A DNA stretch of 64,000 nucleotides from Candidatus Bathyarchaeota archaeon (lineage in GTDB: Archaea; Thermoproteota; Bathyarchaeia; TCS64), in contig CAVYLP010000002.1 of assembly GCA_963769425.1 (NCBI GenBank), forward strand, positions 64,001-128,000, read 5' to 3'. Made by a program: the position numbers and the translations under genes. Positions 21,884 through 32,754 of this stretch are shown piece after piece; positions within the stretch are counted from its first letter, which is position 1; each line of letters starts with the position of its first letter. The notes beneath the pieces are model-generated. The model was not told the DNA's origin and made no database searches. It saw nothing but the letters and a program-made list of their open reading frames with translations.

Positions 21884-22591
21884 TCATCCGTGCTCCTTCG
21901 GCAGCGCCTCAGCCACAGCGGCTTCGGCCAAGACCTGTAACGGGTCGAGGACTGGCACGGAGAGGTCGCCGTCCTTCAGGACGAGACTCACCTCGGTGCA
22001 TCCGCAGATGATCATCTCAGCCCCGCCGGCTACGAGTTCGTTCGCTACACCGCGGAGTAGAAAACCTCCGTCGATGAGGTTACCCGCCTTTATGCACTGG
22101 TAGATCGCCTTCATGACATCCGCCTGCTTATCAGGGGTCGGTTGAAGCATCTCAACCTCTGCTTCCGCGTAGGCCGCTGAGTAGAGGCCAGTCCTCACTG
22201 TCCCGTCGCTTGCGAGGAGTCCAGCCCTCCGTATCTTGGGGTAGAGGCTCTTTGCCCTCCCCGCTGAGAGCTTGATCATGTTGAGTATAGGTACACGCAG
22301 CTCCTTCTGGAGTGGCTCCAGGAAGTAGTGGGCAGTGTTGCAGGGAATGATTATGAAGTCGGCGCCAGCTTCCTCGAGCCTCTTCCCCGCCCGAATCAGC
22401 TCAGGCAATGGGCTCGGCCCAGTGCCGATTATAGCCGCCGTCCTGTCTGGAACCTTTGAGTTGCTGTAGATGATGACGCGTGGGTGGTCCTGATCCCTCT
22501 TCGCCGGGGTGGTCCTTATTATCCTCATGTAGAGGTCCGCGGTCGCCTCGGGGCCCATCCCCCCGAGTATCCCTATGATCTTCTCCGACAA
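21884..22591 (-). CDS. Aspartate/glutamate racemase family protein
   Basis: GILGGMGPEAT, PCNTAH, GCTE. Confidence 0.92.
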   Translation of the reverse strand: MSEKIIGILGGMGPEATADLYMRIIRTTPAKRDQDHPRVIIYSNSKVPDRTAAIIGTGPSPLPELIRAGKRLEEAGADFIIIPCNTAHYFLEPLQKELRVPILNMIKLSAGRAKSLYPKIRRAGLLASDGTVRTGLYSAAYAEAEVEMLQPTPDKQADVMKAIYQCIKAGNLIDGGFLLRGVANELVAGGAEMIICGCTEVSLVLKDGDLSVPVLDPLQVLAEAAVAEALPKEHG

Positions 22592-22625
22592 GTCGGCACT
22601 CCAGAGTGAGAGTGAGCGGCTAAAG

Positions 22626-24267
22626 TTAACGCTTATCCCTCTCACGTATGAGCTGGATGACGGAGACCAACCCAAGCACAACCGCTATAGCGTAGACGAC
22701 TACCGAGACCTGAAATGTCTCGGGGGTGAAGACACTCTGCGTGGCAAGAATCACAAGGCTCATCCCGATGACTATGGACGCCATCACGAGGCCTAATAGG
22801 ATCTTGTATGACGCTCTATCTACGGCATTTCCCGAGCCTATCTAGGTCGTCGTGCGCGATCTTGAATGTTATCGTGCCCGTTGAGAGCCTCTTGAAGAAG
22901 GCATTCAGGTTATCGGGCAGATCCTTCGCGCTCTGGAACGCCTCGATGAGGTCGAAGCCGGCCTTCGCGATGTTCGCCTGGTTCATCACCCTCTTCCTGA
23001 AGACGCCGGTGATGACGGGCTTCACCTCCTCCATGAAGTCGAAGTCGGGGTTCAGTTTGTAGCCGTCGTCCTCGACCATGATTATGACCTTGATCATGAG
23101 CATGGTGACCATCGGCACCCTGAGCTTGTACTTCCTCAGGGCAGCGACGACGCCCTCGAGGGCGTCCGAGCCGTCACCCGCAGCGTGGCCATCGCTCTGC
23201 ATGACGGCGAGGTAGAGGTCGTCCTTGAAGGCGTCCACCCACTGATCCCTTATCCTGATCCCTATGGCGTTAAACACCTCGAAGAGGTCGTCGACGTCCT
23301 TTTCGACTATCGCCACAAGCATCTTGAGAAGTAGGTCCCTCTTCTCAGGGCGGAGCACACCGATGAGGCCGAAGTCAAGGAAAATTAGCTCCCCCTGGGG
23401 GTTGACGAGAAGGTTACCCGGGTGAGGGTCCCCGTGGAAGAAGCCGTCCTCGAAGATCTGCTTCATGTAGGCCTTGAACCCGAGCTGGGCGATCTCCTTC
23501 GGATCGACGCCCAACTTCTTGATGAGGTCCACCTTGTCTATCCTCACGCCCTTCATGTACTCCATCACGAGGAGGCGGGTCCCAGAGTACTCCCAGAAAA
23601 TCTTCGGTACCCTCACCTTCGAGAAGGGCTTCATGTTCTTGGCTATTAGCTCAGCGTTCCTGCCATCCTTCGTGAAGTCGAGCTCTGAGAGTATCTGTCT
23701 TGCAAAGTCCACGACGAGGGCTGGGAAGTTGAATATCTGCAGGTCGCTCGAGGTCTGCTCAGCCCTATCGGCGATAGCTTTGAGGATTCGTAGGTCCGTC
23801 TCTATCTGCTCCTTTATCCCCGGGCGCTGGACCTTCAGGACCACGACCGTGCCGTCCTTCAGCTTGCCGTGATGCACTTGGCTGAGGCTGGCAGCGGCGA
23901 ATGGACGCTCGTTGAGGTAAACAAACGTCTCCTCGATATTTCCACAATACTCCTCGATTGTTGGCTTGACCCGTTCGAAGGCTACGGGTTCGACTTTATC
24001 GGTGAGGTACTTCAGCTCCTCGATGAGCTCGGGGGAGAGAAGCTCTCGTCTGGTGCTCATTATCTGCCCGAACTTGACGAATGTAGGCCCCATCTCCTGG
24101 ATAGCGAGGCGCACCCTCCGGTTCACGTTTAAGTTCGTTGTTTCCGGCTTCTGTCTGCGGAGGCGCCATTGGATCGTGTTAGGAAGAAGGTCGGCAACGG
24201 CTACCTCGAAACCATACTTGACGAGGATTGCGGCGATCTGCTCGTAGCGTCTGAGGGGGAGCGCCAT
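22626..24267 (-). CDS. ABC1/UbiB/AarF atypical kinase (frameshift near 22828)
   Basis: GPTFVKFGQ, AAASLSQVH, KVQRP, FHGDPHPGN, DFG; two C-terminal TM helices follow an extra A. Confidence 0.9.
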
Positions 24268-24388
24268 GTTTAATCAAGAAGTAAGGCGTAGATTAAAACA
24301 TAATAGAAAAGATGTGCTTTGTGTTGAAACACGTTTTTTTTCTGGGATTCGGATAGATGGGTAAGAAAGTTACTATGATTGAGGATGA

Positions 24389-26605
24389 GTGCTGGAGTTG
24401 AGGAAGTATCTAGTCTGCATGATCTTGGCCCTCATCACAGTACTGGCCATCGTCATGTCCCCGGGGAGCCAAGCCAAGTCCAGCAACCCCTGCGCTTCAT
24501 GCCACTCCGCTTCGCGTTACCAGTACCTGGACATACTGGAAGGGAACTCGGGAAACCAGATCCCCGCATCGATCGGGGTCGGCGAGACGAAAACCGTAAC
24601 CGTCGTCATCCAGAACCAGATCGCCGCCCAGGTGTACAATACGCTGGTGGAGGTGTCTGCGACTCTGTCGTCTCAGAACGGGCACTTCAGTGTCGGGACA
24701 CCCACCATCAGCCTAGGGACGATGAATCCGGGGACGAAGACGGCGACTTGGCAGATCACGGGGGTATCCGCGGGCTCGGATGCCCTGATAATCACGGCGC
24801 GGGGTACGAACCCCCACAACAGCCTGTTGCTGACCGATTCATACGCGCCATCCGCAACTATCAGCGTCACTGGGGCAGCGCCACCGCCGACCTATACGGT
24901 CACCGTGACGGCTACGGACTCGGCGACGTCGGCCAAGCTGCAGGGGGCGTCCGTGGCCCTGGGGGATTCTGTGAAGACGACGGACGCCAGCGGTGCGGCG
25001 ACCTTCGCCACCGTCGCTGGCACGTTCAGCCTATCCATCTCGAAGGCAGGGTACACGCCCCTAAGCGAATCCATCACCGTGACAGCCTCGACTAGCATTA
25101 GTCGAAGCCTCAAACCCGAGCTTGTCCCGCCTCCGACCTACACTGTTTTCGTGACTGTCATCGACTCGACGAACTCATCAAGATTGGTCGGCGCGAATGT
25201 GACCCTCGGCTCGCAGCAGCAGGCCACGAACCCGAACGGCGTCTCCACGTTCACGGTTCAGGCCGGCACGTATCCCCTCGAGATCAGTAAGGCGGGGTAC
25301 AACCAGACGAGCGAGACGCTCGTGGTCGGTGGGGACCTGAGCATCAGCCGGAGCCTGACCCCGACGCCCGTGGCGCCGAGGTATGTCGTGGCTATAAGGG
25401 TCTCGGACGCCGCGTCTAAGGTTCAAATATCGGGCGCGAACGTGACCTTTGGCGGGGTCACACAGGTAACAAGCGCCGACGGCGTCTCGTCATTCACGGT
25501 GCTCTCTGGGACGTATCAGCTTGAGATCGTTAAGGTGGGCTACGATTCATGGAGTGAGACCGTACCGGTGAATGCTAGCGTAACCCTCAGCCGGGTCGTC
25601 TCCGCCACGCCCCCACCGCCAGCGACGGACCTCAACCCCTTCATGGCCTTCATCTACCCTCCGCTCTCCGTAACCGCCTTCGTGCTCGTCTACGCCTTCG
25701 CCGCCTACATCCTGGCCAAGAAGGAGCGGACGCCGATCCTCAACCGCCTAGGCTTCATGGCTTGGATAGTCGCGCTCATCGCCATGATAGACGGGGTCGT
25801 CTGGGGAAGGACGTCGACCACATTCTTCGCGTGGGTGCCGGACCCGACGACGATGTTGTCACTCTTCGTACTCATCTCCGCCACGATGATACTCTTCGGC
25901 GAGGGGTGGACGATGTTGTCGAAGCTCCTCGCCGTGGTGTCCTGCGTACCCGCCGCGCTCATCCTCCCATACTACTTCGGCCTCGTCAGCCTCGTCCTAC
26001 TGATACTTGTTACAGCCTTCAGGTTCGACGCCGGCCCCGCTGGGGCGAAGTCGCCGCAGGTCGTTCACAGGCGCATGGTGGCCTCGAAGCTGAACCGCGT
26101 AGTCTCTTGGCTATTCCTCCTCTTCTCCGCGTTTTCGCTGTCCACAGGGTACATCATGACGCGTCTGAACCTGGACGTCGACGTCACATTCCAGATACAC
26201 GAGCTTCTTGGGTACACATTCGCGGTGATGTTGGTGGTCCACGTGCTTCTCACACTTCTGGCGGGTTACCCGTGGAAGATGATGGTGAGAAACTTCCTCG
26301 ACAGGAGAACCTCGTGGTCCGTCGCCATGTTCCTGCAGGTGGTGACCGCGCTGCTTCTGGTCGTCTTCTCGGGTGCCCAGGTGTTGACAGGGCTCGGGTG
26401 GGCCTTCCCAACCGTGGCCTCGATCGTTCCGATACTGCCACACATAAGAATAGATGAGCTGCTGTTCTCCACGCTAGTCGTACACGGTGCGATCGGCGTG
26501 AAGTTCGCGTTAACGAGGCGCAGGATCAAGGTGCCGAGGATCGACTACATCCTAGTCTTGGTCTCGGTCGTCGCCATCGCGCTTGTGTTCCTCTATGGAC
26601 TTTGA
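24389..26605 (+). CDS. Multidomain membrane protein: signal peptide, CxxCH, Ig-like repeats, CcsA/CcmF-like segment, cytochrome b-like 4-TM segment
   Basis: CASCH; three repeats YTVTV...GANVT...TxxxG...GTY.L.ISKAGY; YPP...GVVWG...WVPDP; several His residues in the C-terminal helices. Confidence 0.7.
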   Translation: MLELRKYLVCMILALITVLAIVMSPGSQAKSSNPCASCHSASRYQYLDILEGNSGNQIPASIGVGETKTVTVVIQNQIAAQVYNTLVEVSATLSSQNGHFSVGTPTISLGTMNPGTKTATWQITGVSAGSDALIITARGTNPHNSLLLTDSYAPSATISVTGAAPPPTYTVTVTATDSATSAKLQGASVALGDSVKTTDASGAATFATVAGTFSLSISKAGYTPLSESITVTASTSISRSLKPELVPPPTYTVFVTVIDSTNSSRLVGANVTLGSQQQATNPNGVSTFTVQAGTYPLEISKAGYNQTSETLVVGGDLSISRSLTPTPVAPRYVVAIRVSDAASKVQISGANVTFGGVTQVTSADGVSSFTVLSGTYQLEIVKVGYDSWSETVPVNASVTLSRVVSATPPPPATDLNPFMAFIYPPLSVTAFVLVYAFAAYILAKKERTPILNRLGFMAWIVALIAMIDGVVWGRTSTTFFAWVPDPTTMLSLFVLISATMILFGEGWTMLSKLLAVVSCVPAALILPYYFGLVSLVLLILVTAFRFDAGPAGAKSPQVVHRRMVASKLNRVVSWLFLLFSAFSLSTGYIMTRLNLDVDVTFQIHELLGYTFAVMLVVHVLLTLLAGYPWKMMVRNFLDRRTSWSVAMFLQVVTALLLVVFSGAQVLTGLGWAFPTVASIVPILPHIRIDELLFSTLVVHGAIGVKFALTRRRIKVPRIDYILVLVSVVAIALVFLYGL

Positions 26606-28532
26606 CGCCTTTTTCTTCCCCTCCGAGAGGGTCGAGGGCATGGAAATGATGATTCCGAGGCTCATCAGGGCACTCCCCCACCAGATGACGTTGACGAGTG
26701 GCTTAGTTGACACCTGAAGGGTCAGTGTGGATGGTGGATTGTTCATGCCGATAAGTGCGCTGAAGAGGGAGTTGTAGGCTGTCTGGTCGAGGTTGAGGTT
26801 GACGTAGATGTCAGTCACGCCGTCACCGAGCACCGTTGGGTGGGCGACAAGCCCGTAGTTGGGAAAGTACTGCCCGGTGAGGACCCCACTGTATATCCTC
26901 CCCGCGTATGAGACCTGAAATGGGACGCTCATCGATGACTGCTCGGGGGCGACTATGTCGATCTCAGAGACGTAGGCGCTCCCCGAGCCCAGGCCCATGG
27001 TCACGTTCCCGACCGATAGGTCCACCCCGAGCACACTGGCGGGGGCGGAGGAGACTCCCACGGTCACCGATTGAGGGTCGGGGCTCATCGACGAACTCAC
27101 GAAGACCCCGAATAGTACGACTATAACGCCAAGGTGCATGATTTGCCTTCCTGTGAGGGCGACTGACCTGTTCTTGGCGATTGCCATGAGCACTCCAATC
27201 GTCGCTGTTATGGCTGCTACGATTAGAAGTGGAAGGACGGCGTTGACCACGGGGAAAACCGACGGGAACCCGAATACGATGAAGACCAGTGACGCCGCGA
27301 CCGTGGCCACCAACGCGCCAAGCCGTATCTTGATTGACTTCTCACTCGCACCACAGAATAGAGAAGCCAACACGAAGGCGAGGACGAAGGGCATCGAGAC
27401 GTAGTTGTAGAACTCGATGCTCGTTGACGCTGCGGTCCCGGTCACGAGGTTCTGGATAGTCGGTATGATCACCCCCGCGAAGCAGACCCAGAAGACCCCC
27501 ATCAAAGACAGCTGGCTCGCGAACATCATCTTGCCCTGCAGAGGCGTCTGGCCGTTCGGCCAGTTGAGTAGGGGCTTCCCCACCTTTTTCTTGAGGTAGA
27601 AGAAGTATGCCGTCGCGGCTACTATGCAGACGAGGAGGGCGGGGCCGGCTGGGGAGAAGGCGTAGGCGTGCACCGAGTTCAGTAGCCCGCCCCTGGTGAG
27701 GGCGCTGAGGAAGAGTAGGGAGTCGAAGCTCAGGACCACCATGAACTCTCTGAATAGGTCCTTACGCGCGCCTGTGGATGAACTGTGGAAGTACGCAGTC
27801 AGGGCCAGCCACGGCAGCAGGCTCGCCGTCTCGACGGGGTCCCAGGACCAGTAGCCACCCCAGCCTAGAACCTGGTAGGCCCAGAGCCCCCCTAGGGCTA
27901 TACCTATCGTGAGTAGAAGCCACCCCGACTTAAGTGAGAGGTCGAGGAGCCTCCCCTGCTTCGCGCCGGTCTCCATCTCGGCGAGGGTCAGGGCGAAGGC
28001 GAGGACAACGAAGGCATACCCCGCGAAGACGACTTATTGGGTGGTAGAACATCCAGATCGACTGCAGCTGGGGATTGAGCCCCATCCCGTCAGGTGGAGT
28101 TACTGTGAACCGCTGGAACGGCCCCTTAAACAGGGTCAGAACCATGAAGTAGAGGAACAGCAGCCCTAGGAGCTTCGCCGCGGAGGCGTCCTTGGATTGG
28201 GTCCTCTGCATGTAGAGCCGGTACCCGATGTAAGCAATCCCGATGAAGAACGCGATCATTAGCAAGCTCCCCGATGAGCCACCCCAGGAAGCGAAGAGCT
28301 TCAGCGTCCACGACAGGCTTGAGCTGCTGTAGTCGTAGACCTGCTGGATGGAGAAGTCTGAGACGAGGAAGGACCTGATGAACAGGATGTAGTAGGCGAC
28401 AAACATCGCGAATCCGAGGGCTGATAACCCGACGCCCAGCCCGCGCCTCGCCCCACCCCGACGAGTGAACAGGATGATGTCGACGGTGACGAGGATGAGG
28501 GTGATTATCAGTATGATGTCTTCGGGTTCCAT
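26552..28532 (-). CDS. ccmF: Cytochrome c heme lyase CcmF (frameshift near 28035)
   Basis: WGGSSGS, GLNPQLQ..HP, WAYQVLGWGGYWSWDPVE, LTRGG..SVHAY. Confidence 0.9.
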
Positions 28533-28646
28533 AGCTAAATTACACCATTACTCCCGATGGGCATTCGTCGGAGTGTTCACGGATAAATGTTCATAGCTAG
28601 GGTTCAAAAATTTGAGTATTAGAGTCACTTCATCAGGAATTGATGG

Positions 28647-28671
28647 TGGTGGGCCTGCAGAGATTTGAATC
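28647..28671 (-). other. tRNA 3'-end fragment; putative att site at left island boundary
   Basis: Minus strand GATTCAAATCTCTGCAGGCCCACCA = T-loop, 3' T-stem, 3' acceptor strand and CCA; the 5' part of the tRNA is absent; composition shifts here. Confidence 0.8.
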
Positions 28672-29273
28672 CACTATAAATCATAAAGAAATTTTCCGAA
28701 TAGATCCTTTTTCAAATGTTTTTTTCGAGTTTCCCCTCTCTTCAACCCGCCCGCCACAACGTTTCCCCATAAGTGGTAACCACTAATAAGGTGATTCCAC
28801 GGGACGCCTTCACACCGATGAATGAACACATCCAAACAGTGTTACGCCTCAGATTGAATGGCGTCCACCCAACCACGCCTACATTCACATCGTTCAATGA
28901 ACCGCGATCCACTCCCTTCAATGATTGTTGAAGGCATCCGGAATGCAACGGTTTTCAATGGATATTCAATGGTTTTGGACACGTTTCAGATGGTTCCGGC
29001 GACGCGTCCCCGACGACTTCGCTATATATAGTTGAAAGTGTGGGGAGTATGAGCGGGAATTGGTGAGTGAGTCCCAGATTGAGAAGAAGGGAGCATCAGA
29101 TAAGGATGAAGATTTTTGAATTGTTTGTTGATTTCTATGAGCTGCCTAATTCTGAAATCGACATATCCGGACCTGGGAAACGAGTTTTTGCTCACCGTAG
29201 ACTCTACGTTGAATCCCATCAATGTGCCCAAGGACTACGAGCCAGAGGAAATCTAACCATCTGAAGACATTAT

Positions 29274-30770
29274 TTAGAACATTTTCGCAATTGGTCTCGA
29301 TGCGATCTTGGTTGACTCAACGGCATAGACTGCGAGGGCTAGTGCCCAGAACCTATCGTCATGTGTTCCCTCTGGGTGGTTGAATAGCAGTTTCCCCGTT
29401 TTAGCTAACTCGTGTCTCTCGACGTTGAGCTCGTGGAATAATTCCGAGTCATAGGGTATGTGAAGGAGTGGTCGTAGGTTCGAGTTGCATGATGGGCACG
29501 TCGTCCTCCATTCTCCCTCCCTCGTGTCGATGTAGCCCTCCCAATCACAGCTTACGCATTCCGCCTTCCTCATCTTCTCCTTGAGGGCAGTCGCCATTGT
29601 CTCTTTGCTCTGATCTGTGAAGTTGATCCCCTCCACATACTTGATTCCGCCTCTATGCATATCCTCGACGATGTAGTCGCCGACGTTGCTATTGTCTGCA
29701 TATATTGACCTTATGGTTCTCCAGTTGTCCTGTAGGCGTTTAACGTAGCCTATGACGGCTCCATAGGCGGTCTCGAGGGGGAAGACGTGGAGGTGGCGAA
29801 GGTACAGGTGGTTTTTGGCGCGTTCGAGGACGGCTACAGCGGTGTAGTCGTTGTGTTTGCCGAAATCAATGCCTAGGAAGAATTCGCCTGTTACTTGATC
29901 TGTTGCTTTGGTATACTCTAGCTGGCTGTCCTGAGCGAGTGTGATGAGGCTTGTTGATAACCAGGCGTTCATGTCCTCGGTCCACTCGCAGAGCATTTCC
30001 CTTCTCCACCGTGAAGGGTCTCCTGCTAGTTGTACCTCGACCATTCGCACAATCTCTGGGCTCAGTGGCCCGTTTGGTGGGAGAGCCTCAGTGTATGGTA
30101 CTTTGTGTTTGCTGAACGAGTCGTATGCCTTATCGTGAAACATCTTGTGGAATATGGAGTCGGTGTTCCAAGGCGTCGACTCCGCTATCAAGTAGCCGTT
30201 CGTTGTGTTAAGAGTGAAGAGGACAGCGGTGTAGAGGTCCGCATCGTCTCTGATGAAGTTCGCCTCCATCAAGTAGACGACCCGAGCGGTGTGGCCTCTT
30301 ATCGTCTCCGGTACCGGTGACTCAGCTAGGATTGTGGAGCCGTTCTTCAACCGTATCACTGTATGTAACAGCTTATCCTTGCCGCATACGAGTTTGAATA
30401 GCTCTAGGTTGTTTGCCTCCATTCTGTGCAGGTGGTCTGTGAGGGCTTTGAAGGCGATGTTTTTGACTTGATCGAATTTTGGGGCCGTGATAAGGACTAA
30501 GCTGTCCCTGTTGAGGAGGGCTAGGTGGAGGAGCTTAGCCATGCCGTTGAAGGTCTTGCCCGTCTGCCTAGCTTGGAGATTTGCTATGAAGTGGGACTCA
30601 TCCCTGAGGAATGGATACATGTAGGGGTAGGGGTCGTAGTAGAGCCAGCGCCTGCAGAACTCAATCGTGTCCTTTGGGATCATCACTTGGCTCGGGTACG
30701 AACTCGACTCGACGCTCTCCCCGACTCGCCTTAATCTTTCGTATCTCCTCCTCAAACTTTCGAAGGTCAC
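29274..30770 (-). CDS. Terminase large subunit
   Basis: Walker A ARQTGKT, IRGHTA..YLMEA (Walker B variant), STP, RNase H GIDFG, HDDRFWALALA; inserted CxxC...CxxC. Confidence 0.9.
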   Translation of the reverse strand: MTFESLRRRYERLRRVGESVESSSYPSQVMIPKDTIEFCRRWLYYDPYPYMYPFLRDESHFIANLQARQTGKTFNGMAKLLHLALLNRDSLVLITAPKFDQVKNIAFKALTDHLHRMEANNLELFKLVCGKDKLLHTVIRLKNGSTILAESPVPETIRGHTARVVYLMEANFIRDDADLYTAVLFTLNTTNGYLIAESTPWNTDSIFHKMFHDKAYDSFSKHKVPYTEALPPNGPLSPEIVRMVEVQLAGDPSRWRREMLCEWTEDMNAWLSTSLITLAQDSQLEYTKATDQVTGEFFLGIDFGKHNDYTAVAVLERAKNHLYLRHLHVFPLETAYGAVIGYVKRLQDNWRTIRSIYADNSNVGDYIVEDMHRGGIKYVEGINFTDQSKETMATALKEKMRKAECVSCDWEGYIDTREGEWRTTCPSCNSNLRPLLHIPYDSELFHELNVERHELAKTGKLLFNHPEGTHDDRFWALALAVYAVESTKIASRPIAKMF

Positions 30771-31015
30771 TCTCCAACTCCTCCACGTTCACGTCTTTTA
30801 TGATGGTGTATGCCGCGTGTAGGTTTTTGGTCATTGAGTTTATTGCCATGATCTGGAGTGGTTCAAAGTTCTCTGGATCCTCAACGATCATATCCAGTTT
30901 CTTGATTATCGACTCCAGTTTGTGTAGGTACTGAACCCGCTTCTTCCTCGTATTTATGCTGGCTCGTCGAATGGCTCTGGGACCTTGTTTGTCAGCCTTG
31001 CTCTTCCCATCATCC
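30661..31015 (-). CDS. Coiled-coil protein upstream of terminase (possible small terminase; likely frameshifted start)
   Basis: Basic N-terminus, helical C-terminus overlapping the terminase start; GGAGG precedes ATG near 31013 in an adjacent frame. Confidence 0.5.
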
Positions 31016-31193
31016 TCCCCTTCACCCTGAGCCTCTCCGTTGTTTCTGTAAGGAGATTCACGTCCTCCCTGATATCCATCAAGTTTGTCCGTATCCTCAG
31101 GAAGATGTTTGTCGTCTCCTGGTCCTCCGCTCCAGTGTCCAGCCATTGTCTTAGCCTCCGCCGCTCTTGATCCGTGAAGATGTAGCTCCGCAT
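30954..31193 (-). CDS. Small hypothetical protein
   Basis: MRSYIFTDQERRRLRQWL ORF preceded by GGAGTGA; first gene of the terminase module. Confidence 0.6.
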   Translation of the reverse strand: MRSYIFTDQERRRLRQWLDTGAEDQETTNIFLRIRTNLMDIREDVNLLTETTERLRVKGRMMGRARLTNKVPEPFDEPA

Positions 31194-31950
31194 CCTGGCT
31201 CACTCCGTGACATCGTTAACATGCGGAAATCAACCCATGTTTCGCTCTAATCCATGGAAAATTAGTTAATTCCCGGAAGATCGAATCCCGTACGAGATAT
31301 CTGGATACCTTGGATTCTCTATCGGTCCTCAGTGAGTTGCCAATTACCACGAGGATTCGGAGGGTGTTATAGTTTCTCTTGGGTCGTTGGTCCTCCGAGA
31401 ACAAGTGTATATGCTTAGCGCAAATTGTCGTTAACGCTCTTTTCACCTCATTTGGAGGATTAGACGAGCTTGATTTAGCTGTAGAACGGCTCCTTGAAGC
31501 ATTTTCTTCTCCCAGTCATTGTCTTCAATGGCTCTACTCTAGGTAGGAGAATGAGATCGCTTAGTTGGATTTTTATCAGATTAAACTTTCCGTTTAATCC
31601 TCCTGAATTGGCTTTTCTTTCATGAATTTAAAAAGGTTTATGGATTACAAAAACAATTTCTGGTGAATGTTAAGTGGTATCCTGCGTTGGTTTAATTAGT
31701 GCATTGTGGACCAAGTAAATGTAATTATAGAGTCGTGTTAATTTTGATCATCTAATATAGAGTTGAACGGTGGAGGGAAGGATTGATTACTGTAATGTTG
31801 GTGGGCCGGGCCGTGTTCATCCCAAAATTGGGGTGAATACCTCCAAATGCGCGCGATAAAAAGTGGAAATAAAACTAGGGAATCGAACTTACAAATGTAA
31901 TCCAGTGAGTCGCAATCAGTATTTTTTAATTCAGTAATATTAATCACTTA

Positions 31951-31973
31951 GCGGACCCGGTGGGATTTGAACC
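31951..31973 (-). other. Second tRNA 3'-end fragment (possibly Arg-type), att remnant
   Basis: Minus strand GGTTCAAATCCCACCGGGTCCGC: T-loop, stem, acceptor strand, G discriminator; no 5' half. Confidence 0.72.
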
Positions 31974-32238
31974 TATATGGGTTCAGGTTCTGATTAATAG
32001 GTTAACAAACAAATGTTAAAAAATACTCAATATCCGAAAGCGTAATTTATTGTGTGCGAGGGGTGAGGCACCAACCAGTATTTACTAATAAAATGGATCG
32101 GTTCCTTAGTCCTTTTAATCCCTTGAATACTGGATGCTTAAGAACGTTATTTACCTCTATGATAAAAGGGAAAGATGATAATGGTTGCAAATTATTATAA
32201 AACTAGATAAGGTTTCATTCGGTTATACAAGGCAGAAA

Positions 32239-32634
32239 ATGAAGTTGACGTACACTAACGAGCCTCTTAGCACCAAAATGCGAACCGCGATAGCCTTACA
32301 GGAGATTTTCCTCGTAGCAATAATCCTCGCCTTCATAATCACATTAACAACTGGAACGGCTGAGATGCGGCTTATCAGCTTGGCTTTAATCACACCCATC
32401 ATAATTCTCAGCTTAGCATTCATCTACTACTGTAGAAAGAGGAAAGTTTTGGGCTATGCTGGGGCTTCAATCTTGGGTGCTGTAGGCGTTGTTTTGCGGG
32501 TGATTGTTAGCACTCAACCAGGCCTTGAGGTTGGTGGTGGGCTTCCAATTGTTGTAACTGTCCTCTACATCGTGTTGGGCGCTCTTGTTGCGGAGAAGAG
32601 CTACGAATCCCTGTTGGAATTACGTAACATGTAA
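32239..32634 (+). CDS. Four-TM membrane protein
   Basis: Four hydrophobic segments. Confidence 0.7.
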   Translation: MKLTYTNEPLSTKMRTAIALQEIFLVAIILAFIITLTTGTAEMRLISLALITPIIILSLAFIYYCRKRKVLGYAGASILGAVGVVLRVIVSTQPGLEVGGGLPIVVTVLYIVLGALVAEKSYESLLELRNM

Positions 32635-32754
32635 AATACGTAAAAGAAAACGGTGCTATTTCAAGCCTTAAATTAAATGATTGGATGTGCTTTTGCTGAA
32701 ACAAGGTTGCTATCCGCGCGCACAGATAGATACCCACAAACCTTTTTACGACGC

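Noticed and set aside
2790-26529. Long antisense and alternate-frame ORFs such as 2790-3677, 14846-15457, 24379-25095 and 25762-26457
   Set aside because: They shadow well-supported genes in GC-rich DNA and carry no motifs.
28600-32000. Complete tRNA genes at 28647 and 31951
   Set aside because: Only the T-loop to 3' end is present; upstream sequence cannot form the full T-stem, anticodon arm or D arm.
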